A stretch of 64,000 nucleotides of DNA from Candidatus Cloacimonadales bacterium. GTDB lineage: Bacteria > Cloacimonadota > Cloacimonadia > Cloacimonadales > JAIOQZ01. The stretch spans positions 2,944,001-3,008,000 of the forward strand of contig OY771587.1 of the NCBI GenBank assembly GCA_963674825.1, in the 5' to 3' direction. A program made the translations under genes and the position numbers. Below, one piece after another: positions 37,129 through 47,207 of this stretch (the stretch's first letter is position 1; each line of letters begins with the position of its first letter). The notes below the pieces were generated by a model, which saw only the letters and a list, made by a program, of their open reading frames with translations, ran no database searches and was not told the DNA's origin.

Positions 37129-39945
37129 ATGCACCGAAGATGCTGGTTTGTGTTTATACTTTTTTTTCTGACGAATACTTTTCTTATCGGAGTGAGCATA
37201 TCGTCAAATAACTGTTCACTGACCCCTGTGATGCAGCCGAACATGGCGCGCGGCGACTCCATGATCACACTGATTATCCAGGGTAATATATCCGCGGAAT
37301 TACTGCAATCATACGGTTTGAAAACAGGCGGAAGAGTTGGCGATGTCCAGACGGTTACCTTGCCGATGGATCAGGTTCCGAGTTTAAACCGGATTCCTGG
37401 GATCGAGAGAATATTTTTTTCCAAACGCCATGAATTGCTTCTGGACGACTCCACTTCCGATCTTGTCAATGGTTCCGATTACGCAGGCTGCAACGCCGAC
37501 GCGATTCAAGCACTCGGTGTCGATGGATCGGGTGTGATCGTTGCAGTAATCGATTCGACGCCATTCAACTGGAAGCACGAAGATTTCACGGATGGTGGTC
37601 TTGCCGGCGTTCGTACGTTGTATATCTGGGATCAGACGGGAACAGGTGGTACAGCGCCCTCCGAATCAGGCTGCGGATATGGAAGAGAATATTCGCAATC
37701 GGATCTTCAGGCCGATAATGGCCCGGCAACGACTGGCACCAACCACGGAACGCCCTGCATGGGCATCGCGGCAGGCGATGGCTCGGCAAGTGGAGGAACC
37801 CGCATAGGTATGGCTCCCGGAGCGGATATCATTTATGTGAAGGTCGATCAGTACGATTACAACATTGTCGATGCGCTTTCCTATATCGAGCAAAAATCGG
37901 ATGCACTGGTCGAGCCGGTCTCTGTCAGCATGAGTCTGGGTACCAAATACGCTATTGCGGACGGTACTGACGCGATCTCGCAAGCGATCGACAATTTTTC
38001 CAACGAAGGCCGTTCCGTGTCTGTTGCCGCCGGTAACTATTATACAACCTCCGATCACGCATACGGGACAGCTACATATGGTGCACCTACTTCTAACCTC
38101 ACAATGCGTGTTGACAGCTACAGCGACACCGGAACTAGCCACTATGCCGATTATCTCGGCGCATTCATCAGCTACAAGCAGGGTGACGACTTCGATGTGA
38201 CGGTCACCTCTCCTTCCGGAAGCGATTACACCACGACAGTCACCGACCAGGACGAATACTTCGAGACGCCCGACGGCAGGTTGGAAATCTGGCATGACTC
38301 CGGTCCGATGATACTTGTGGTTGTTTGTGATACTACAGGCACGATTACGGTTGGCGATGAATGGCAGATTGATTTGACTGTCCCGGACGCAAGCTATGAC
38401 GACGAAGGCGGAATGTGGTCTGCGTATGTTGTCCAGAATCATATAACGGGGCATTTTACCACCTACCAGACCGGGCAATATACATTGAATGCCTGGGCCT
38501 CGGGATTGGAATGCATCAGCGTGGGTGCGCACAGCAAGACAACCGGTGTGATGTATTCGCAATCCAGCTCCGGGCCGACAAGCGATGGACGCGACAAACC
38601 GGATCTGACGGCGCCTACAGATGCATATGCGGCAAACACGACGAGCACGACAGGCTATTCATCCCTCTGCTGTACCAGTGGCGCAGCACCTCATGTAGCT
38701 GGCGCGATTGCCCTCATGTATCAGAAATATCCAGATGCGAAACCAGACGGACTTCGACAGATGCTGATAGACACGGCCTACAATGATTCACGGACCGGCG
38801 CAATCCCGGATGGAAACCCAGATACACGCTGGGGCTATGGCAAACTTAACGCCTACGGGGCGTATGACGAAACGCCGTACCAAATCAGAGAAGCGATTGC
38901 CGGAACCGGCACGTATTCGTTCAGTATGGCCGATGAAATCGGTGCGCCTACGGTAGCGGAGATCGATTTCAGCAGCGAGGACATTGACTACGTTACGCTG
39001 ACCAAACACCTGAATGAGTTCCCGCCTCTCTTGCCGGAGAACGATCGCGTTGTACGCTGCTGGTTTGAAATCGACACCAAGGGTGGAAGCGGAACCTTCG
39101 ATTGCGATCTGACATTTTTTTACACTACTGACGAGCTCAACAACGGTGGTTTTGCTGATCCTGCGGCATCCGAGACAAGGCTTGTTCTCTATCGTTACAA
39201 CGGAAGTAGTTGGGTCGAAATGGGCGGTACGGTAGATACGGCAACCAACACCGTAACGCTGCCTGGCGTCAGCGAATTTTCCAACTGGTGCATTACCGAT
39301 CCGGATGACACAACGCTGCCCAGCGAACTGATCACCATGCTCTGGTCGCAGATTCATGGTGGAGGCGTTTTGCTGGAATGGACTGTGGAAGCGGAGACCG
39401 ACAGGCTTGGTTACCATGTGCTGCGAGCGGATACCGATAATCTCGATGAAGCAATGATGATGACAACGTCGCTTATTCCGGCGGAAAATTCGACCTGCTC
39501 GACACTTTACCAGTATCTGGATGACTCGGTTGAGGTAGATTCCGATTACTTCTACTGGCTTCAAGTGCTGGAAGCGGATGGAGGTGTGTCGTATCTTGGT
39601 TCGTATCATGTGGCGATCGAGGAAGATGGGGAAGAGGTCGATCCTGCTGAGCCGTTGATATCGCGTCTGTTGGGAAACTACCCGAATCCGTTCAATCCTG
39701 ATACACGTATCTACTTTGATCTTGCGTCAGAAAACGATCTTGAACACGTCCGGCTGGAAGTATATAATGTCAAGGGACAACGTGTGAAAACACTGTTTGA
39801 CGGCTTCATCGAACCGGGTTCGAATCGCTCGATCTTATGGGATGGAACCGATGAAGTTGGCAAAACGGTCTCGACCGGTGTATATTACTACAGACTGGAG
39901 ACGACCGATCGCGTTTTAACCGGAAAGGCTATGCTGATTAAATAA
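37129..39945 (+). CDS. S8 subtilisin-like serine peptidase with FlgD/T9SS-like CTD
   Basis: VAVIDS, NHGT.CMGIAAG, AAGN, DGRDKPD, TSGAAPHVAG, WGYGK; CTD NYPNPFNP..WDGTDE.GK.VSTGVY. Confidence 0.9.
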   Translation: MHRRCWFVFILFFLTNTFLIGVSISSNNCSLTPVMQPNMARGDSMITLIIQGNISAELLQSYGLKTGGRVGDVQTVTLPMDQVPSLNRIPGIERIFFSKRHELLLDDSTSDLVNGSDYAGCNADAIQALGVDGSGVIVAVIDSTPFNWKHEDFTDGGLAGVRTLYIWDQTGTGGTAPSESGCGYGREYSQSDLQADNGPATTGTNHGTPCMGIAAGDGSASGGTRIGMAPGADIIYVKVDQYDYNIVDALSYIEQKSDALVEPVSVSMSLGTKYAIADGTDAISQAIDNFSNEGRSVSVAAGNYYTTSDHAYGTATYGAPTSNLTMRVDSYSDTGTSHYADYLGAFISYKQGDDFDVTVTSPSGSDYTTTVTDQDEYFETPDGRLEIWHDSGPMILVVVCDTTGTITVGDEWQIDLTVPDASYDDEGGMWSAYVVQNHITGHFTTYQTGQYTLNAWASGLECISVGAHSKTTGVMYSQSSSGPTSDGRDKPDLTAPTDAYAANTTSTTGYSSLCCTSGAAPHVAGAIALMYQKYPDAKPDGLRQMLIDTAYNDSRTGAIPDGNPDTRWGYGKLNAYGAYDETPYQIREAIAGTGTYSFSMADEIGAPTVAEIDFSSEDIDYVTLTKHLNEFPPLLPENDRVVRCWFEIDTKGGSGTFDCDLTFFYTTDELNNGGFADPAASETRLVLYRYNGSSWVEMGGTVDTATNTVTLPGVSEFSNWCITDPDDTTLPSELITMLWSQIHGGGVLLEWTVEAETDRLGYHVLRADTDNLDEAMMMTTSLIPAENSTCSTLYQYLDDSVEVDSDYFYWLQVLEADGGVSYLGSYHVAIEEDGEEVDPAEPLISRLLGNYPNPFNPDTRIYFDLASENDLEHVRLEVYNVKGQRVKTLFDGFIEPGSNRSILWDGTDEVGKTVSTGVYYYRLETTDRVLTGKAMLIK

Positions 39946-39977
39946 GTCGTTTCCGACAGGATGTCGAAGGAGATTGA

Positions 39978-40217
39978 ATGCCGAAAGAAATAATCGATTT
40001 GATAGAAAAGCCGGAAGCCTGCCCGAAGTGCGGACAGGCTCTGGCCGAAATACAATATGGTACGCCTGTGATGAACGCGCAGTTGATCCAGGGATTGGCA
40101 GCAGGAACTGTCAAACTGGGTGGATGCTGCACAACCGGTAACGACCCGCAGTACTATTGCAAGGATTGCGGGAAATACTATCGAGTGAGCTCTAAACGCT
40201 CTTCTGACGCGCCTTGA
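39978..40217 (+). CDS. Small Zn-ribbon-like protein
   Basis: CPKCG..YG.P..LGGCC..YYCKDCG; GGAG RBS. Confidence 0.7.
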   Translation: MPKEIIDLIEKPEACPKCGQALAEIQYGTPVMNAQLIQGLAAGTVKLGGCCTTGNDPQYYCKDCGKYYRVSSKRSSDAP

Positions 40218-40557
40218 ACAGCACTGAGGTGACCAGTTCGATCAGGAATCCGTAGATCATTCCCATCACAACGGTGGCGATCAGCAGCGTTGGGCCGGTC
40301 ATGGGCGGATTACCGCCAAGCATGGATCCGAATCCGCCGGGAATGCTGACGATCAGGCCCATGAGCGGACCGTGAATCGCCCAGTGCATCTTCATTGCGC
40401 TGATTCCTATGACGAAGCCGATCAACATTCGTCCGGTAAAAATGGATGCCAGTAACGCGAATGGCATTTCACCGCCGCTGGAAGCGAACAGGCAGCATAT
40501 GATGCCGGAAACCGCACCCATCAGGGTAGCGATAATGATTCGTTTAGCTGAAGTCAT
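40192..40557 (-). CDS. Small four-TM Gly-rich membrane protein
   Basis: AGGAGG RBS; four hydrophobic helices. Confidence 0.75.
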   Translation of the reverse strand: MTSAKRIIIATLMGAVSGIICCLFASSGGEMPFALLASIFTGRMLIGFVIGISAMKMHWAIHGPLMGLIVSIPGGFGSMLGGNPPMTGPTLLIATVVMGMIYGFLIELVTSVLFKARQKSV

Positions 40558-40649
40558 GACGTTCCTCCTTGATGAAGGAGATTAACGAGCATGATTCATT
40601 TTATTGCAAGTTTTTTATTGTGTGGAATTGGCGGGATATACGCAGACGG

Positions 40650-40889
40650 TTAATATCGCTTGGATTTCTTCTCGTAGTCTTGTCTGATTTTATCAATTTT
40701 CTTCTGCTCAAAGGGGAAAAGATCGGCTGGTACACTCTTAATTCCGAACTGCGTCGCGACTCGATAACGGGCACACTTGTCGTAGTCCGCGAGGCAATAC
40801 ACTTCCTTCAGCGAAACAGCTGTCTGGGTCGGCTGTGGCATCTGCCCATTGAAAAAGGGACAGAACTCGATTTTCGGGCAATCACTCAT
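40650..40889 (-). CDS. Small Cys-rich protein
   Basis: C-x5-CPFF..YC....CARY..VP.DLFP; GAGG RBS. Confidence 0.7.
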   Translation of the reverse strand: MSDCPKIEFCPFFNGQMPQPTQTAVSLKEVYCLADYDKCARYRVATQFGIKSVPADLFPFEQKKIDKIRQDYEKKSKRY

Positions 40890-40910
40890 GCATACCTCTC
40901 TTTACCTGAA

Positions 40911-40939
40911 ATTATAGCTGACAACGGCGTGCGTGCCAA
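40911..40939 (-). promoter_or_regulatory. Sigma-70 promoter of the Cys-rich gene
   Basis: Minus strand TTGGCA-17 nt-TATAAT. Confidence 0.6.
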
Positions 40940-40942
40940 ATC

Positions 40943-41497
40943 CTATTCAGATAAATCTGTTATGCAGCTGAAGAACATGTGGTGGATTGCCTGCTTTTCG
41001 TTTGTCTGATAGCGGTATTTGTCGATGATACCATCGATGAGATCGTTCAGCTCGGTGAATTCTTCTCGTGTCAGGTAGATATCGCTGTTGGAGAGCCGTT
41101 TACCGCCGCTCTGGCCTCGCTGGCTGATCTCGATGAATTTCTGCTTCTCTTTCTCGAAGGATATCTCGGCGGCGGATGCGAAGTTCATGTTGACCTGCAT
41201 TTGAGTGCCCGGATCAAGCTCCTTGCAGGTGAGTTTGAAGATCATCGCGGTCGGTTCATAATATTTGGCGATGATGCCGTGGACTTCCTCGGTTCGGACC
41301 ATATGCAGGATATCGATCTCTTCCAGCTTCTTCACGTGGAAATGGACGTTGGCGGGTTTGACCCCGAGCTCATCCGCGATCTGCTTCACCGTCATGGGTT
41401 CGTCCTGATTACGAAGCACGCGCAGCACTTCCTGGCGCTTCTCGTCCACCATCAATTTGATATGGTTCGGGTCCGAAATTTCTTTTACAGTCAACAT
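40943..41497 (-). CDS. ArsR-like winged-HTH regulator
   Basis: PMTVKQIADELG...VHFHVKKLE..GIIAKYY. Confidence 0.85.
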   Translation of the reverse strand: MLTVKEISDPNHIKLMVDEKRQEVLRVLRNQDEPMTVKQIADELGVKPANVHFHVKKLEEIDILHMVRTEEVHGIIAKYYEPTAMIFKLTCKELDPGTQMQVNMNFASAAEISFEKEKQKFIEISQRGQSGGKRLSNSDIYLTREEFTELNDLIDGIIDKYRYQTNEKQAIHHMFFSCITDLSE

Positions 41498-41605
41498 ATT
41501 TCTCTCTCCTCGAGTGCCAGAATAAACGAGCGAGAAAAATCGCACAATAAAAAACACTCTTTCCTGCGAAATTTGCCGAATGGGCGTGGTGGATTTGATT
41601 CCCGT

Positions 41606-43120
41606 TTACCGCAGCACCTTGCGCATGAACGTAACCGTGAACACCGACATCAGGAACAGGCCAAGAAAGCCTTCGAGGCCGCTTGCAAGCCTGAGCCATC
41701 CCGTTGTAGGGAAAACATCCCCGTATCCGATGGTGAGGAACGTTATCGCGCTGTAATACAAAGAGTATCCGAACTTAATCAGCCAATCTACTCTGAATTC
41801 AAGCTGGTTCTCACTGATCAATGATGATATCTTGCATACGTAATTTGTTGGTATATCTTTAAGTAGGTCATTAGCCCGGGAACAGTAGATTATCGCGGAT
41901 AAAAACCACACTAAAATCATCGACATAATTGCATTGATAGGTTTTGTACCGTATCCAGAAATCTTGCCAAACCAGAAACGTATGAAATCATATTTGAATC
42001 GCGCTTTGATCCAATTCCAGATGCCGGGCTTCCGACCATAATAATCGCTTCTAACCTGATGGTCTCTATAACATACATAGGCTTCGTCTTCATCATCGTA
42101 TCGCCCCATTTTGCGGAAGTTTTCCTTGAGAAGAAGGGCCGTTTCGGCGGCACGGCGATGCTTGGCTGAATTTGTGTATTGCCATTGATCGTCTTGATCT
42201 GTTTGTCTCTGGTCCATGATGGCTTCGATTGCTTTTTCTAGGTTGTTTTCTTTCCATTTTATTCTGATTAACTCATGATTGGTACAATCCTCGAATTCAA
42301 TGACTTCAATCTCAGTTTCAGTAAAATCAACATCATCATAAAAATAACACTTATGGAATCTTACAGAATTTACTTTCTCTACTGTGAAGTCAAGTAGCCT
42401 CTTCCACGTCATTGACTCGAACAATGCTCGGTTGATTTGCGCATTTGAGAAGCTCATGTTACTCCTTCTGAGCTGCATTTTAACAAAATAGACTATACTT
42501 GCGTCAAATTGAGTATCGTTAAACTGGATATTAGAGCTTAACAAGATAGTGCCTCTGAAGGTGATTTCACTGCTATAGAATTGTGCATCTTGAAAATCTA
42601 AATCTGATTGGATAAACAGGGCTTGGTCGAAGTTTACAGTTCCATTCCTGAAGCAGGAGAAGTAGAAATTCACGCATGAATTCTGAAAGCTAGTATTTTC
42701 AAAGCTCACATCACCGTTGCCAAAATTTGCGAGAGCAAATCGCACTTCTCCATTCGCAAATTGAGCTTCAGTGAAATCTATTCCTCCATCACTCATATAC
42801 GCTTTCATAAAATCGATACCACCATCGAAAAAAGCGCTTCTAGCATCGGATAAGTCTACATGACAGAAGCCTTCAACTCCTTCCCAACATAAAGACAGGT
42901 TCTTGATATAACATCGATTTAAACTGACATGCTTCTCTTGGAGAATATCATCTAGAACAGTTTCATTGGTTGTATAGTGATATTTTTTACTGCCCAATAT
43001 CCTGTTTTGGTCATCGAAGAAACGTAAAGTAATCCACCATTTGAATCGTTTGCCATCCTCTTTCCTGATATGTGGCTTGCGAACTCGCTTACCGACTTCA
43101 TATCGTACCCATCTTGCCAT
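41606..43120 (-). CDS. Pentapeptide-repeat protein fused to a 2-TM potassium-channel pore
   Basis: Many xxF..A.F repeats; GYGTKP; pore YYSAITFLTIGYGD; C-terminal TM. Confidence 0.85.
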   Translation of the reverse strand: MARWVRYEVGKRVRKPHIRKEDGKRFKWWITLRFFDDQNRILGSKKYHYTTNETVLDDILQEKHVSLNRCYIKNLSLCWEGVEGFCHVDLSDARSAFFDGGIDFMKAYMSDGGIDFTEAQFANGEVRFALANFGNGDVSFENTSFQNSCVNFYFSCFRNGTVNFDQALFIQSDLDFQDAQFYSSEITFRGTILLSSNIQFNDTQFDASIVYFVKMQLRRSNMSFSNAQINRALFESMTWKRLLDFTVEKVNSVRFHKCYFYDDVDFTETEIEVIEFEDCTNHELIRIKWKENNLEKAIEAIMDQRQTDQDDQWQYTNSAKHRRAAETALLLKENFRKMGRYDDEDEAYVCYRDHQVRSDYYGRKPGIWNWIKARFKYDFIRFWFGKISGYGTKPINAIMSMILVWFLSAIIYCSRANDLLKDIPTNYVCKISSLISENQLEFRVDWLIKFGYSLYYSAITFLTIGYGDVFPTTGWLRLASGLEGFLGLFLMSVFTVTFMRKVLR

Positions 43121-43185
43121 AATCTTCTCTCCGGGATGTTTTCGCTTTTCTTAATGCAGGGTTTTCTTATGTCAATGTTTTTCAA

Positions 43186-43358
43186 ACTCACCCCCAGCCC
43201 CTCTCTTGGAATCAAGAGAGGGGAGTAGAGAGGATGGTGCAGGTGACAGATGAAGCGATATCGTAAATTTTCATTCCCATCGTATTTATATCGATTGCAG
43301 AATCTTACATGGACGTACCCCTCTCTTTTTTTCAAAGAGAGGGGACAGGGGAGAGTTT
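43186..43358. repeat. Inverted REP doublet (REPIN/BIME-like)
   Basis: aactcacccccagcccctctctt..aagagagggg and cccctctcttt..aaagagaggggacaggggagagtt in inverted orientation, about 90 nt apart. Confidence 0.75.
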
Positions 43359-43373
43359 CCCCCAAAAAATAAT

Positions 43374-43402
43374 TTGACATCCGGAACCCATTGAAATATC
43401 TT
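43374..43402 (+). promoter_or_regulatory. Sigma-70 promoter of tetR
   Basis: TTGACA-17 nt-TATCTT. Confidence 0.7.
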
Positions 43403-43422
43403 GTTTGTGAGTGTTAACTAAC
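43403..43422. promoter_or_regulatory. Candidate TetR operator 1
   Basis: gtttgtgagtgttaactaac, imperfect palindrome similar to 44169-44188. Confidence 0.6.
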
Positions 43423-43424
43423 CA

Positions 43425-43538
43425 TTTTCGGCTTTGACGCAGTCAAAACGAAAACATGAGCGTTGTGAGTTCGCGTAGCGAATTCATGTTAGTGGATCGT
43501 CGGCTTTCACACAGTGAAAACGAAATAGCGAAAGTGGA
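43425..43538 (+). repeat. Mosaic hairpin element, copy 2 (tetR 5' UTR)
   Basis: Shares modules with the reverse complement of 20296-20409 in permuted order. Confidence 0.75.
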
Positions 43539-43544
43539 GTATAC

Positions 43545-44126
43545 ATGGAACTGACCGAACGACAGACAGAGATCATCGAAAAGGCCGTCGAGCTTATCGC
43601 GGAAAGCAGCGTGATGAACCTGACCATCAAGAACCTGGCAAAGGCGATCGGATTCTCCGAGCCGGCGCTGTACCGTCACTTCGAGAGCAAGAAGGAGATC
43701 CTCGCGACCATTATCCGGCGCTTTGAGGACACGATGGATGGTTTCCACGAGGAGATCGAGCATCGCAACCTCACCGGCATCGACAAGCTCGATTCCTTCT
43801 TCGCCATGCGGTTCCGCTATTTCATGGACAACCCGAACTGGGCCAACGTGCTCATGTGCGAGGCCAATTTCAAAATGGACGCCGAGCTCACCCACATGAT
43901 GCTCGACATGATGAAACAACATCGCATGTTCGTCCGAAGCTGCCTGCAGCAAGCAATCAAGGAACATCAAATCCGAACCGATCTGGCGTTCGACCACGTC
44001 TTCATGCTGACCGTTGGCGCACTTCGTCTGTTGGTCACGCGCTGGACGCTGGAAAATCAGCAATTCAATCTTGTGGATGAGGGCAAGGCCCTGATCCAGT
44101 CACTACGGATTCTTTTGAAAAGCTAA
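43545..44126 (+). CDS. TetR/AcrR family regulator
   Basis: RQ.EII..A..LI..LTIKNLA..IG.SEPALYRHF.SK.EI. Confidence 0.93.
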   Translation: MELTERQTEIIEKAVELIAESSVMNLTIKNLAKAIGFSEPALYRHFESKKEILATIIRRFEDTMDGFHEEIEHRNLTGIDKLDSFFAMRFRYFMDNPNWANVLMCEANFKMDAELTHMMLDMMKQHRMFVRSCLQQAIKEHQIRTDLAFDHVFMLTVGALRLLVTRWTLENQQFNLVDEGKALIQSLRILLKS

Positions 44127-44168
44127 AAAAACAAGGGGTGAACGCCGCTTTTTACTTGGCGGAGTCAT

Positions 44169-44188
44169 GTTAGTGAGCGTTCACTCGC
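44169..44188. promoter_or_regulatory. Candidate TetR operator 2
   Basis: gttagtgagcgttcactcgc, just before the RBS of the Fe-S gene. Confidence 0.6.
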
Positions 44189-44202
44189 ATAAAGAGGATG
44201 CT

Positions 44203-45024
44203 ATGAAACGAAAAATCATATCGATCGATGAAAAGCTCTGCAACGGCTGCGGCCTCTGCATACCAGGGTGCCCGGAAGGCGCGTTGCAGCTCATCGACGG
44301 CAAAGCACGCCTGGTTGGCGACTATCTTTGCGACGGCCTCGGGGCTTGCATCGGGGAGTGTCCGCAGGGTGCGATCACCATCGAAGAACGCGAAGCGCAG
44401 CCTTATGACGAGCGCACGGTGATCCAGTCCATTATCGAGGCTGGCCCGGCGACCATCAAGGCGCATCTGCAACACCTCAAGGATCATGGCGAACTGGTCT
44501 ATCTCTCGCAAGCGCTGGAAGCGCTCCGGGAGAAGGGGATCGAGATCCCGCAGTTGGAGAACAAGTCATGCAGCGTCGAGGGTGGTTGCCCGGGCAGCGC
44601 GACGAAGAAGATCGAGCCTGTGACGTCGCCCGAACCGGCGTCGAATCAGCCCATGCCGTCCATGCTACGCACCTGGCCCGTGCAGTTGCACCTGATCAAC
44701 CCTTCCGCGCCGTATCTTCACAACGCGGATCTGCTCATCAGTGCCGACTGCGTGCCGTTCGCGTACGCCGATTTTCATCGCAAGTTTGTGAAAGACAAGG
44801 TCGTGATCACGCTCTGTCCCAAGCTGGACACGGGCATCGACCGTTACATCGAAAAGCTGGCGGAGATCTTCCGCACGCAGGACATCAAATCGCTGACCAT
44901 CGTTCGCATGGAGGTTCCATGCTGCGGCGGGATCGAAGTGATTGTCCGCAAAGCGCTGGAACTCGCCGGCAAGACGATTTTCGTCAGATTACACATTGTA
45001 ACCATAAACGGAAACCTATCCTAA
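44203..45024 (+). CDS. 4Fe-4S ferredoxin-domain protein (hcp-associated type)
   Basis: [53 protein letters not shown]. Confidence 0.9.
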   Translation: MKRKIISIDEKLCNGCGLCIPGCPEGALQLIDGKARLVGDYLCDGLGACIGECPQGAITIEEREAQPYDERTVIQSIIEAGPATIKAHLQHLKDHGELVYLSQALEALREKGIEIPQLENKSCSVEGGCPGSATKKIEPVTSPEPASNQPMPSMLRTWPVQLHLINPSAPYLHNADLLISADCVPFAYADFHRKFVKDKVVITLCPKLDTGIDRYIEKLAEIFRTQDIKSLTIVRMEVPCCGGIEVIVRKALELAGKTIFVRLHIVTINGNLS

Positions 45025-45034
45025 GGAGGAACCT

Positions 45035-46660
45035 ATGTTCTGTTATCAGTGTCAAGAAACAGCCGGAAATAAGGGCTGTCGATTCGCCAAGGGCGTCTGC
45101 GGTAAACCCGCGGAAGCTTCAGACATGATGGATTTATTGATCTACACGCTCAAGGGCATTGCCGTTATCCAGGAGAAATCGGGTCAGCCGATCGAATCCG
45201 AGACAGGCAAGTTCTTCATGGTCTCGCTTTTCAAGACCATCACCAACGCCAATTTCGATCGCGACGATCTGCTGGCACAAATTCGCTACGCTGTCGTTCT
45301 GCGCGACGGCTTGAAGAAAAAGTACGGCATCTCGGACAATCTACCGGACTGCGCCATGTGGTATGAGGAAGACGAAGCGGCGATCATCGCGAAGTCACAG
45401 ACCGTGGGAGTCCTGGACACCGAGAACGAGGATATACGCTCTCTGCGCGAATTGATCATCTATGGCGTCAAAGGTATCAGTGCATATGGCGAACATGCCG
45501 CGGTGCTGGGCCATGAAAATCCCGATATCTACAGCTTCATCGTGGAAGCGCTTGCTGCCACGACGAAAGATCTTTCGGTAGACGCACTGGTCGCGCTCAC
45601 GATGAGGACAGGTGAGGTGGCCGTGAGCACTATGGCCCTGCTGGATCAGGCCAACACCGAGACCTACGGCAACCCCGAGCTCACGAAGGTCAATATCGGT
45701 GTTCGCGGAAATCCCGGTATCCTCATCTCCGGGCATGACTTGAAGGACATGCAGGAGCTGCTTGAGCAAACCGAAGGCACCGGCGTGGATGTTTACACCC
45801 ACAGCGAGATGCTACCGGCGAATTACTACCCGGCATTCAAGAAGTACGAGCATTTCGTAGGTAACTACGGTAATGCATGGTGGAAGCAGAACGAGGAATT
45901 CGAGTCGTTCAACGGCCCCATCCTGATGACCACTAACTGCATCGTGCCGGTGAAGGATTCCTACAAGGATCGCATCTTCACCACCGGGATCGTGGGCTAC
46001 CCCGGCGTGAAACACATTCCAAATCGCGCAGAAGGCGGAAAGAAGGATTTCTCTGAAATCATCGCACTGGCCAAGACATGCGCTGCTCCGACGGAGATCG
46101 AGACCGGTGAGATTGTCGGTGGATTCGCGCATCATCAGGTAATGCAACTGGCGGACAAGGTCGTGGACGCGGTGAAATCCGGAGCGATCAAGCGTTTTGT
46201 GGTTATGGCGGGTTGCGACGGCAGGTTCCCGTCACGCAATTACTTTACCGATGTTGCCGAAGCGCTTCCGAAAGACGCTGTCATCCTAACGGCTGGTTGC
46301 GCCAAGTATCGCTACAACAAGCTCGATCTGGGCGATATTGGCGGTATTCCGCGCGTGCTTGATGCCGGACAGTGCAACGACTCCTATTCGCTGGCGGTTA
46401 TCGCGCTCAAACTCAAGGAAGTCTTTGGGCTGGAGGATATCAACGATCTACCCATCTCATTCGACATCGCCTGGTACGAACAGAAGGCTGTCGCGGTGCT
46501 GCTGGCGCTGCTCTTCCTCGGCGTGAAGGGTATCCGCCTCGGGCCGACCCTTCCGGCTTTCCTCTCGCCTAATGTGGCTAAGGTGCTGGTCGAAAACTTT
46601 GATATAAAGCCCATCGGTGATGTCCAGTCGGATGTCGAAGCGATGATGGCTGGGAAATAA
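45035..46660 (+). CDS. hcp: Hybrid cluster protein (hydroxylamine/NO reductase)
   Basis: [50 protein letters not shown]. Confidence 0.97.
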   Translation: MFCYQCQETAGNKGCRFAKGVCGKPAEASDMMDLLIYTLKGIAVIQEKSGQPIESETGKFFMVSLFKTITNANFDRDDLLAQIRYAVVLRDGLKKKYGISDNLPDCAMWYEEDEAAIIAKSQTVGVLDTENEDIRSLRELIIYGVKGISAYGEHAAVLGHENPDIYSFIVEALAATTKDLSVDALVALTMRTGEVAVSTMALLDQANTETYGNPELTKVNIGVRGNPGILISGHDLKDMQELLEQTEGTGVDVYTHSEMLPANYYPAFKKYEHFVGNYGNAWWKQNEEFESFNGPILMTTNCIVPVKDSYKDRIFTTGIVGYPGVKHIPNRAEGGKKDFSEIIALAKTCAAPTEIETGEIVGGFAHHQVMQLADKVVDAVKSGAIKRFVVMAGCDGRFPSRNYFTDVAEALPKDAVILTAGCAKYRYNKLDLGDIGGIPRVLDAGQCNDSYSLAVIALKLKEVFGLEDINDLPISFDIAWYEQKAVAVLLALLFLGVKGIRLGPTLPAFLSPNVAKVLVENFDIKPIGDVQSDVEAMMAGK

Positions 46661-46671
46661 TGAAGAAACAT

Positions 46672-46713
46672 CCTCAAGCGCGTTCTCCCTTCTACGGGAG
46701 AACGTGGGAGGAT
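46672..46713 (+). other. Intercistronic stem-loop
   Basis: cctc..cgttctccc-ttctac-gggagaacg..gagg. Confidence 0.55.
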
Positions 46714-46733
46714 GAGGGATAAAGGATAAATAA

Positions 46734-47072
46734 ATGAAAATCAACACATACAAAATGGCGAAGTTGCTGGATACGCCACATAAGGTGAAGGTAAGCAAGC
46801 TGCACGATTCTGAACATGCGCAAGTGGTGCACATCACGCTGGAACCGGGTGAATCGCTGATCCGGCACATTACACCGGTGGACGTCGTATTCTACGTGCT
46901 GGAAGGAACCGGGGTTGTAGATATTGGCGAGGAGAGCCTTCAAGTAGTTCAGGACACGTTGATCGAAAGCCCGAAGATGGTACCGCATTGCTGGCACAAT
47001 ATGTCGGATAGAACGCTTCGTATTCTGGTTTTGAAAACACCCAGGCCAACCGAGTCGTCAAAGCTGTTATAG
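46734..47072 (+). CDS. Cupin domain protein
   Basis: L.PGE....H.TP....FYVLEG.G...IG.E, P..VPH...N. Confidence 0.88.
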   Translation: MKINTYKMAKLLDTPHKVKVSKLHDSEHAQVVHITLEPGESLIRHITPVDVVFYVLEGTGVVDIGEESLQVVQDTLIESPKMVPHCWHNMSDRTLRILVLKTPRPTESSKLL

Positions 47073-47093
47073 CAATGATATGTTGGAAAGCAC

Positions 47094-47130
47094 ATACAGG
47101 CACGTCGAATCGATGTGCCTGTATTTTTTT
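47094..47130 (+). terminator. Rho-independent terminator
   Basis: atacaggcacgtcg-aat-cgatgtgcctgtat-tttttt. Confidence 0.85.
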
Positions 47131-47207
47131 AACGGGTTTCTGATTATAAACTGCTTGACACGAGTGATGTTAGACAGTTAAATCAGTTAAATTGAACAGG
47201 AGGTATC

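Noticed and set aside
40925..40940. TTGGCACG as a sigma-54 -24 box
   Set aside because: No GC at the -12 position; it fits a sigma-70 -35 box with TATAAT 17 nt away
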